A stretch of 64,000 nucleotides of DNA from an uncultured virus (IMG/VR IMGVR_UViG_3300002124_000007). Lineage: Duplodnaviria > Heunggongvirae > Uroviricota > Caudoviricetes. The DNA lies in the IMG/VR virus record IMGVR_UViG_3300002124_000007, positions 1 to 64,000 of that record. The stretch is one strand, 5' to 3'. Made by a program: the position numbers and the translations under genes. Below, one piece after another: positions 56,928 to 64,000 of this stretch (position 1 is the stretch's first letter; each line of letters begins with the position of its first letter). The notes under the pieces are model-generated. The model was not told the origin of the DNA and did no database searches. It was given only the letters and a program-made list of their open reading frames with translations.

Positions 56928-57781
56928 CCGTTGAATTCACTGGCAAGAAACTTTACCAATCCTTGCTCAAATGGCGGCACAAACAATCCCAATTCCTTTA
57001 ACCCCGCACAATTCAGACATCCATTTTTAGGGCGGGGAGCTTTCTGCTGCATTTCTTCAGTCGTCTTAGGAATAATCAACTTTTGCAATCCAAACTGTGT
57101 GGCAATCTTTACAGCAAAATCATATTTAGATAAGCACGTATCGCCTGCCACATGGAATAATCCTTGATATTTATCTGCCAATCCAATAGATAATCTAGCA
57201 AGATCATTTGATAATATAGGATTCATAATTTGGTCAGTAGGAACAAATACTTTCTTTGCTTGAAAAATGGCAGAGATAACCTGCTTGGCAAAATTCTTTT
57301 TTAGCCTCTCTGTGCCATATACTCCCACTGTTCGTACAATCACATATTTGGCATCCGATGTCAGGATGGTTTTTTCGACTGTTTCTTTTTGCACACCATA
57401 TTTGTTTATAGGATGTGTCTCATCCTGTATTGTATAAGGCTCCTTCTTTGTCCCATCAAATACATAGGAAGATGAAAAATATACCAATTTGGCATTGAAT
57501 GATTCGCACAAACGTAATACAGTAATCGCACCCCTAACGTTCACTACATCTGTTCCGGCTGATTCTTCACACTTATCTACATGAGCAATTGCCGCTGGAA
57601 GATACACCACATCAGGGCGATCTTTGCTGAATACCTTGAAAAGAGTTTCATACTTTGTCAGGTCTGTATAACGCTCATTTGGATGTTTTGCTTCAACAGG
57701 TATGCCAAGGATAGCATCTGGAATTTGCCTTGCAAGGGCTGATCCCACTAAACCACGTGCGCCAATAATCAAGGATTTCAC
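56924..57781 (-). CDS. RmlD-like NDP-4-keto-sugar reductase
   Basis: GARGLVG, VDKCE, SSYVFDG, YGVQK, APRP. Confidence 0.88.
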   Translation of the reverse strand: MKSLIIGARGLVGSALARQIPDAILGIPVEAKHPNERYTDLTKYETLFKVFSKDRPDVVYLPAAIAHVDKCEESAGTDVVNVRGAITVLRLCESFNAKLVYFSSSYVFDGTKKEPYTIQDETHPINKYGVQKETVEKTILTSDAKYVIVRTVGVYGTERLKKNFAKQVISAIFQAKKVFVPTDQIMNPILSNDLARLSIGLADKYQGLFHVAGDTCLSKYDFAVKIATQFGLQKLIIPKTTEEMQQKAPRPKNGCLNCAGLKELGLFVPPFEQGLVKFLASEFNG

Positions 57782-57966
57782 TCAAAATTCTCCAACGTTT
57801 TCCAATGTGGATTATATCTATAAAAAATATTTGATAGATACTGCTTAACTATTTTTCCGTTCCTAATAAATCCAATGTGACTTTTAGAAATAACCACATC
57901 ATCCGCCCATACATACTCGGCCTCAGTTTCAGATGTCCATATGGTGTATTTATTCGTGGCTTCCAT
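57778..57966 (-). CDS. Hypothetical protein
   Basis: Operon context. Confidence 0.5.
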   Translation of the reverse strand: MEATNKYTIWTSETEAEYVWADDVVISKSHIGFIRNGKIVKQYLSNIFYRYNPHWKTLENFE

Positions 57967-58267
57967 CGGCATGTTTTCCATATTGAATTAGGTAATGACA
58001 AGAAATAACTTCATTCCCAATGAAAGCATTATATCTTTTGTATGCACCATAACCAACAATAATTCCAGGCGCACCGCAAGTACAAAATAATGTAGAACCT
58101 CGTGCATGACTCGCATCTCGAAAACAAAAATGCATAGAAGTTTGCAATACAGGAAACCATTGTTTGTATGACGGGAGGAAGATTTCTTTTTCCCGCTGAA
58201 CGGAGACACCATTCAAAGTCGTAGCATGGTTAGGGTCATTATGATTACGAATTATATTGTTTGGCAT
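57950..58267 (-). CDS. Hypothetical Cys/His-rich protein
   Basis: CTCG...C...H. Confidence 0.6.
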   Translation of the reverse strand: MPNNIIRNHNDPNHATTLNGVSVQREKEIFLPSYKQWFPVLQTSMHFCFRDASHARGSTLFCTCGAPGIIVGYGAYKRYNAFIGNEVISCHYLIQYGKHADGSHE

Positions 58268-58731
58268 TAGTCATACCATAGATAAGTAGCTGTATTCAAA
58301 AGGATTTGTTTCAACTGCGGATCAATCTTGAAACGTCCTGCATTGATTTCGATGGATTGAAAGATGTCGATGGGTTTTAGATTATGCCTCTCCCCTGCTG
58401 CCTTCCAATCACAAAGCATCTCGATTAGATCAACCAAGTTCATTGCATTGATTCCATCAGGAAAATATTCAGGATGATGACGGTTATTGGTGTAGTGGTG
58501 ATCGACTCCGACTTTCATCTTGGATATAGTCTCACGATACACAGGGGAGCCATATTCCATTCCATTTAGTAGGGGAGTATATTTGTCGTAGATTTCTTTT
58601 TCAGGAGCCTCTAATTTGCTCATATCGTGCAGAAGAGAACGTCGAAGCAAATCTTCCACTACCTTATAAATCTTCAAACGCACATTTTGGATATGGTCTA
58701 ATGTACCTTTCCAACTATCGTAATTCACCAA
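58267..58731 (-). CDS. DUF5662-like HD-superfamily protein
   Basis: H...HDMSK...HHY..NRHHPEY...EMLCDW. Confidence 0.8.
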   Translation of the reverse strand: MVNYDSWKGTLDHIQNVRLKIYKVVEDLLRRSLLHDMSKLEAPEKEIYDKYTPLLNGMEYGSPVYRETISKMKVGVDHHYTNNRHHPEYFPDGINAMNLVDLIEMLCDWKAAGERHNLKPIDIFQSIEINAGRFKIDPQLKQILLNTATYLWYD

Positions 58732-59200
58732 ATACCTCTTTATAATAACTTTCTAAATATTTCCAGAGCGCGTCTTCTCCAAAATCTACTAGCAATCTAA
58801 ATGCTCTATCTTTTGCTACTAACCCATCATCATCTGTATATTTATAACCATAAAAACAGGGGGAATTATCAAAAACATAAGATACTCCACTATCAAAAAA
58901 AGCATCATCTTCACTCATTCTGGTTAAGCTATAATAACAAACATCTGCTGGATACGGAGCATTAAAATGTCTAACCAAATAATCTTCCTTCCCCGAAATA
59001 ATATCTATCTTTATACGAGCAAATCTTCTATTTTCAACCTGCTCATTGTACCAATTTGTTAACAATTGAAACTCAACAATTCCTCTTTCTCCAAGCACCA
59101 AAAATCTTAATTCTAAACAATTAACTCCATAATTTTTCTTTGGGTCTGGATGAGTTCTATCATAAGCAGGAAAAAACTTTATTTCTCTTTTCATATACAA
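58715..59200 (-). CDS. Hypothetical protein
   Basis: 161-aa ORF in the operon. Confidence 0.65.
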   Translation of the reverse strand: MYMKREIKFFPAYDRTHPDPKKNYGVNCLELRFLVLGERGIVEFQLLTNWYNEQVENRRFARIKIDIISGKEDYLVRHFNAPYPADVCYYSLTRMSEDDAFFDSGVSYVFDNSPCFYGYKYTDDDGLVAKDRAFRLLVDFGEDALWKYLESYYKEVFGELR

Positions 59201-59208
59201 CCATTATA

Positions 59209-60138
59209 TCAGGAAATGAATCCACATTCTTTCAATATCATTGCGACACGGGCATCATAATCTTGACCTTGAACCAACTGGTAAGCTTCTTCTGCATTTG
59301 CTTCAGCCTTTTCAGGATTGTTCTTGGCCCACAACACAGCATCAATAGCTTCCTGCATGTTGTTAAATATATGATGATGATGTAAAGATTCGTGTTTCCA
59401 CCAGTCAGTGACATTATTTATTATAGGATAAAGTTTCATGGCAGGAAGTTCAAACGCTCGACAATTCAAATCGTCCATACTTGACCAATTCAACCCAATC
59501 CTACCCTTATTGTACAAGGCTCGTGCTTCATCGAACACAGGCCCATTCTCAAATATCACACTCACACCTCGCTTACGAAGATCGTTTACCCATTGCACAC
59601 GATTTTCATAAGGCATTCCTATCATAACAGCATCTACCATATCGTCTGGATTTGGAATATCTTTGGGATAAAAGTCATATTTACTATAAGCATACGGAAG
59701 GTAAATATCTCCATCCTTTGAATACACCGCCTGCATGTTGAAGAACTTATCGGAGTATTTGCGAGGAGTATCATAAAACTCATTCAGCACATGCGGGTCA
59801 GTTCCTACCGTCACAACCATTCCATCCGAAGGCTTATACTTGGCATGAAATCCTGCATCCACTTGGATAATCAAATCGGGCTTCCAGTCTCCTAACTGCC
59901 CTTTGATAAGCTCATAAGGATATTCATTTGTGCCGAGAGTCAGAGGAAGTGGAACGTCGGGCGGAATAGCATACTTTTCTGGAAGGTTCATACCTCCAAG
60001 CCAGGGAATCCAACTCCCTGTATAAATTCCCGCCACTTTCAAATCCACATCTTCCCGATGCTCCAAGGCCTTCTTGAAATAAGTAGCCATAGCAAGAGGG
60101 TATACAAGATATGTAAGTAAGACTTTTATTTTATTCAT
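59209..60138 (-). CDS. CgeB-like glycosyltransferase
   Basis: DPH, YLPYA, LNWS..DDLNCRAFE, YDARV. Confidence 0.82.
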   Translation of the reverse strand: MNKIKVLLTYLVYPLAMATYFKKALEHREDVDLKVAGIYTGSWIPWLGGMNLPEKYAIPPDVPLPLTLGTNEYPYELIKGQLGDWKPDLIIQVDAGFHAKYKPSDGMVVTVGTDPHVLNEFYDTPRKYSDKFFNMQAVYSKDGDIYLPYAYSKYDFYPKDIPNPDDMVDAVMIGMPYENRVQWVNDLRKRGVSVIFENGPVFDEARALYNKGRIGLNWSSMDDLNCRAFELPAMKLYPIINNVTDWWKHESLHHHHIFNNMQEAIDAVLWAKNNPEKAEANAEEAYQLVQGQDYDARVAMILKECGFIS

Positions 60139-60541
60139 AGCAACTCTGGTTTAGAATAGTATCAACAACTTCGCCTCGCAACATAATTACATCGCTTCTC
60201 AACAACTGCGGCAAAAACGGCATGAAGACATTGTGATAATATACAACGTCCACCTTTACGGCCTTCCCTTCACACAAAGAATTATCAGGATAAGAGATAA
60301 AAATCTCCACTTCGGGATTGCTCAGATCGATTGGTGAATGTGAAGAATTACGAACACGCTCCTCAATTGACACTGTGTCATAAGGATACATGCTTCCATA
60401 CAATGCGCCTTCTTGTGCGGCATCCTGAAGCTGAACATATTGAAAAAACATAATACCAAATTCAACTGCCCCACTTAGCAGAAACATCAACATAAGAAAA
60501 CTAATTCCTAACTCAACTAAACTTTGACCTTTATTTTTCAT
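60131..60541 (-). CDS. TadE-like minor pilin
   Basis: Real start ATG 60541: MKNKG|QSLVE prepilin motif, hydrophobic helix, AAQEGA. Confidence 0.85.
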   Translation of the reverse strand: MKNKGQSLVELGISFLMLMFLLSGAVEFGIMFFQYVQLQDAAQEGALYGSMYPYDTVSIEERVRNSSHSPIDLSNPEVEIFISYPDNSLCEGKAVKVDVVYYHNVFMPFLPQLLRSDVIMLRGEVVDTILNQSCYE

Positions 60542-61211
60542 TCTCAGTCCATTTCTTACGAAACTTTTCTTTATTTGCAATAGTAATTGCCTCTCTGGCA
60601 CTTCCATACGAGATACTTTGTGCCCCAATATGAGTTGTACAATCTTGTGTGAGAGCCACAAGATCAAATCCCAAGCTCTTTGCGGTTGTACAAATATCAA
60701 CATCTTCCATGTCTGATGGGGCATACCTCTCATCAAAATATCCAAGCTCTTCCCAATGTTCCTTGCGTGTGGCAAGTAACCAACCTTCCAAATATGGAAA
60801 TATCTTCTTATTAAATGTGTTCCATCCCGTATCCCAATCTAAATAACGGCCTCCTACAATCGTTCTATTATAGGTCGTAGGTTGTAATGCAATAGAGATA
60901 GGAGACACGATGTCTTTATGAATTCTAACATCATTACTAATCGTGATAATCACATCCCCCGTACAAGCCTTAATAGCGATATTGGACGCCTTCAAGAACA
61001 TCACATTTTCATCCAATTTGATGACTTTTATGGGAAGCATCCCATTCCCCTGCCACCACTTCAGGCCATCCAAAACATCTTGGTCGTTGCAATTATCGTT
61101 TACCACAACAACTTCATGAACATCCGAACACTTCTGATATACGTCGAATAGAAGTTGGTGTGTAAGATGCCACTTACTATAAATAGGAATTGCAAAAGAA
61201 AATGTTTTCAT
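60531..61211 (-). CDS. Glycosyltransferase family 2
   Basis: VVVVND, ISNDV, GYFDERY...EDVD. Confidence 0.88.
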   Translation of the reverse strand: MKTFSFAIPIYSKWHLTHQLLFDVYQKCSDVHEVVVVNDNCNDQDVLDGLKWWQGNGMLPIKVIKLDENVMFLKASNIAIKACTGDVIITISNDVRIHKDIVSPISIALQPTTYNRTIVGGRYLDWDTGWNTFNKKIFPYLEGWLLATRKEHWEELGYFDERYAPSDMEDVDICTTAKSLGFDLVALTQDCTTHIGAQSISYGSAREAITIANKEKFRKKWTENEK

Positions 61212-62032
61212 CTGTAATAATCCGCAATCTCGAATATAGATTTTTGAATATCGTATTGGGACTGAAATCCCAAGCCGTGAATCTTGGATACATCCAAATA
61301 GAAATCTTTTGCCTGAATTAATTTATGGAATTCTGGAATAGGAATTCTCTTAATGCTGCCTGTTCCTAGATACTTCTGCACAGAATACACAATTTCTTCA
61401 AAGCTATATCCTATTCCATTGCCTACATTGTATATCTCATTTAGATTTCCGTAAACAAGGACGTGATAAATAGCATCAACCGCATCTCTCACATCAATCA
61501 AGTCACGAAGTATTTTTCCTTCATACAGAGAGACTTCTTCTCCTTGAACCAATTGCTGTATCATGTATTGCAGAGCGTTCTTCTTTTTGGAAACTTTGTG
61601 GTCATTGATCCCTATCACATTAGACATACGAAGAATACGATAAGGAATATTACATGTTTGGCAATAGGAAATCAGTAATTGTTCCGCACATCGTTTGGTT
61701 ATTGAATAAAATCCTGTGGGAAAGCAGGGTGAATCTTCTCGTGCAGGAATTTCAACCTTTCCATATACAAACCAAGATGAGATAAAGTTGAATTCAAATT
61801 CATTGCCATATTCTTTACGACAATTTTCAAGAACATCTATCAATAAAGATAAGTTTGTATCAATGTCTAAATGTGGATTGGTATGAATATTATAATTGTC
61901 TACAGTAGATATAAAGTATAAAATCTTGGGAGATTTGGGATAATAATCATCTCTCCCATTTGAAATAACACCATATCTACCACAAAACTCTCCCCCGATA
62001 AATCCTTTTCCAAACACGTTTATTATGCTCAT
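61208..62032 (-). CDS. NAD-dependent nucleotide-sugar epimerase/reductase
   Basis: GKGFIG, SSWFVYG, YSITK, RDLIDV. Confidence 0.88.
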   Translation of the reverse strand: MSIINVFGKGFIGGEFCGRYGVISNGRDDYYPKSPKILYFISTVDNYNIHTNPHLDIDTNLSLLIDVLENCRKEYGNEFEFNFISSWFVYGKVEIPAREDSPCFPTGFYSITKRCAEQLLISYCQTCNIPYRILRMSNVIGINDHKVSKKKNALQYMIQQLVQGEEVSLYEGKILRDLIDVRDAVDAIYHVLVYGNLNEIYNVGNGIGYSFEEIVYSVQKYLGTGSIKRIPIPEFHKLIQAKDFYLDVSKIHGLGFQSQYDIQKSIFEIADYYR

Positions 62033-62847
62033 TTTCCTGTCTCTTTCATCTCCTGCAATCCTTCAAGATGCCCGTATTGCAGTAGTCCTAACTTCTTACT
62101 CAAGTTTACATTCAGTCCTGCTTTATAAGGACGGGGTGCAACATCCATATCAAGTTCTTTATTTCTAGGCCCCACTAAAGACTCATCCAAACAATATTCC
62201 TTTGCCATATCCACAATAAACTCGTACCAAGAAACAGTTCGTGACCCACTGATATGTAAAATATTCGGCATCTCATCAAATCTCAAAAGATATTGATAGA
62301 AGGCTTCTGCAAAATGTGGAAGGTACATGAATGAGCGTTCGATAAAGGTAGGATATGAATAAGACTGCCCTGCTCGCAGAGGATAAAGATGTTTGAATAT
62401 TCGTTCGTGGTCAAAAAGATAAGATGTACGCACTACCTTCATAAATGGGAAAACTTCTCTAAGCCCCTCAGCCGCCAACTTAGTCAGTCCATAAAAGTTC
62501 TTAGGATTTGGCTTGCTATTTTCCTTATAATTTCCCCACTTACCATCAAAAACTTGTGCTGTGGACATAAGAACCATTCCACAACCATACATCTCTGCCA
62601 CTTCTGCTACATGGAAGGTTCCAATAACATTTATATCTTTGACTCTTTTTTCGTTTTCTTTCTTCTCACAAACATCTACATCAGAAATAGAAGCAAGGTG
62701 GACTATTATATCCACCTTGGTACTTCGTACAGCCAAATCAACTTCTTTCAAATTGCGAACATCGCAGGCTAATGGAACAACCTCCCCATATCTCATTAGC
62801 TCCTGTCCTACATGACCAGCATAACCCGTTAATCCATATGTTGTCAT
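62029..62847 (-). CDS. RmlD-like NDP-4-keto-sugar reductase
   Basis: GYAGHVG, VDVCE, STAQVFDG, YGLTK, APRP. Confidence 0.88.
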   Translation of the reverse strand: MTTYGLTGYAGHVGQELMRYGEVVPLACDVRNLKEVDLAVRSTKVDIIVHLASISDVDVCEKKENEKRVKDINVIGTFHVAEVAEMYGCGMVLMSTAQVFDGKWGNYKENSKPNPKNFYGLTKLAAEGLREVFPFMKVVRTSYLFDHERIFKHLYPLRAGQSYSYPTFIERSFMYLPHFAEAFYQYLLRFDEMPNILHISGSRTVSWYEFIVDMAKEYCLDESLVGPRNKELDMDVAPRPYKAGLNVNLSKKLGLLQYGHLEGLQEMKETGK

Positions 62848-62877
62848 CTATCTTCTTTTCTTTTTTAGCCTAGGAAA

Positions 62878-63072
62878 CTATCGAATTCCAGCAACTCCCT
62901 GCTTACGAAGAGCTTGCACTACATCTACATTCAATGCAGCAAGAATGCTAAGAACAAGCCAAAGTACCTGCTCCTCAGTCAGAGGCAAATCAGGAACATA
63001 GTTATTGATGACCGCATAAATAAATCCCGCGGCAAGAACTACAAGGTAATAAGGTACGGAAATATACATCAC
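62878..63072 (-). CDS. Small membrane protein (holin-like)
   Basis: Two TM helices, basic C-terminus; AAGGAG SD. Confidence 0.55.
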   Translation of the reverse strand: MMYISVPYYLVVLAAGFIYAVINNYVPDLPLTEEQVLWLVLSILAALNVDVVQALRKQGVAGIR

Positions 63073-63287
63073 TCACTCTCCTTTGATTCTAAATTCACAA
63101 TATAATACGCCAGAGCTTTCTCCAAGTCAGTATAGAGAACTGCCCAACGTCTAGCCACAACTCCTCCTTGATTTTCAGAAGCAACCGCTTTTTCTGTATT
63201 ACATTCAAACATCAAGGCGGTCAATTTTTCTCTAAAATTCTCTTCCAATCTATACCTCCATCCAGGTTCGTTCCACACCATTTCCAT
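63069..63287 (-). CDS. Hypothetical protein
   Basis: RRWAVLYTDLEKA. Confidence 0.55.
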   Translation of the reverse strand: MEMVWNEPGWRYRLEENFREKLTALMFECNTEKAVASENQGGVVARRWAVLYTDLEKALAYYIVNLESKESE

Positions 63288-63549
63288 GTCTATCCCCTGT
63301 CATCCATAAATTTACATCCAATAAGTTAGCATATTCAAATGCTTGCTTGAATGTTCCATTATTACAGTTACAAGTTTTTTCTTTCTTTGTAAGCAGAGCC
63401 GGAGCATCTGACAAATCAACCCAAGCCATTACCACATGAAACTTGGGTTGAAATACATAGAACCTGTTTGTCTCCCCCATCCGAACGGTCTTGCCATTTG
63501 GGTTTATCGTCCACTTGAGAGCAATTTGACCCGACGTGTTCTTAATCAT
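63250..63549 (-). CDS. Small Cys-motif protein
   Basis: VDLSDAPALL...KTCNCN. Confidence 0.6.
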   Translation of the reverse strand: MIKNTSGQIALKWTINPNGKTVRMGETNRFYVFQPKFHVVMAWVDLSDAPALLTKKEKTCNCNNGTFKQAFEYANLLDVNLWMTGDRHGNGVERTWMEV

Positions 63550-63596
63550 TACTCACAATTATACACTAAACTGTATATAAATTGTGTAGGAATTTT

Positions 63597-63872
63597 TTAC
63601 TTACTATGAATCACGGCCTTGAGCCTTTGCAGAGCATCTTTGTACTGAACTGCATTGACCATAACACACCCATTTACCCAATCCCCTTCAATCTTTTCCA
63701 GGTCTTGACCATCTATATTGATAGAAGTTCCAGACAGCGTTCCCGTTTCAAATAAAGGCTTAGGCGAAAAGAAAAACTCCATATGTCGAATATCCGTTTT
63801 GTCTGTACGTTCGTGCTTTGCTCCTAATGTCAACCAAGTTGCCGCTAAATAAATATCTTTTGTCGATTTCAT
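63597..63872 (-). CDS. Hypothetical protein (DUF5659-like)
   Basis: TKDIYLAA.L..LG...FFF...LKAVIH; GGAG SD. Confidence 0.65.
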   Translation of the reverse strand: MKSTKDIYLAATWLTLGAKHERTDKTDIRHMEFFFSPKPLFETGTLSGTSINIDGQDLEKIEGDWVNGCVMVNAVQYKDALQRLKAVIHSK

Positions 63873-63896
63873 AATATATGTTCTCCTCCCTTAAGT

Positions 63897-63935
63897 ATAA
63901 AAGAGAAATGACACGGAATCAACCATGTCATTTCT
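63897..63935 (-). terminator. Rho-independent terminator
   Basis: Minus strand AGAAATGACATGG-ttgatt-CCGTGTCATTTCT followed by CTTTT. Confidence 0.65.
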
Positions 63936-64000
63936 GTTCTCAATAGGAGCGTGATGTGCTTACAGTATATGGTGGAGAAGTTTCTTTCTGTGGCATCTTA

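Noticed and set aside
1654..60380. TGACACnGTGTCA as matS, parS, CRP site or CRISPR repeat
   Set aside because: matS has a 3-bp spacer between TGAC and GTCA (5 bp here); parS and CRP consensus differ; copies are kilobases apart and not an array.
60542..60775. N-terminal 78 aa of the 214-aa ORF in the track
   Set aside because: Overlaps the GT2 gene in another frame; the prepilin motif shows the real start is 60541.
65..63105. Many short opposite-strand or nested ORFs in the track (e.g. 27267..27770, 32866..33360, 40175..40648)
   Set aside because: Shadows of well-supported genes, with no SD or recognisable motifs.

Overview
The whole 64 kb window is part of a tailed dsDNA bacteriophage genome (siphovirus-like gene order, AT-rich). 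The host is probably a filamentous Chloroflexota/Anaerolineae bacterium; this is an inference from the TadE-like and FtsK-like genes and has not been checked by a search. Minus strand, 1-6.4 kb: fibre-like gene, portal, terminase large and small subunits, two HNH genes. Plus strand, 6.7-31.8 kb: a structured non-coding region, a membrane-protein/FtsK-like module, many small early genes, then replication genes (putative SSB, primase, DnaB-like helicase, family A polymerase, UDG-like protein, RecA, endonuclease VII). Minus strand, 31.8-64 kb: lysis genes, tail and neck genes, and a ~16 kb nucleotide-sugar/glycosyltransferase/methyltransferase cluster next to the head-tail adaptor gene. No major capsid, integrase, tRNA or CRISPR was recognised. 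Main signals not explained by the ORF track: (1) a 13-bp palindrome TGACACnGTGTCA in 10 perfect and several near-perfect copies across the window, in different reading frames; (2) seven promoters with 11-bp-period YTMAY repeats ending exactly 10 bp before the -10 box (PhoB/OmpR geometry); (3) several highly structured non-coding RNA candidates, one with an anti-SD loop in front of an HNH gene; (4) a polymerase and a primase with substitutions at normally invariant residues; (5) a 3,6-dideoxyhexose-type glycosylation cluster that contains a Tad minor pilin gene. All motif counts and RNA pairings were done by eye and need computational confirmation.
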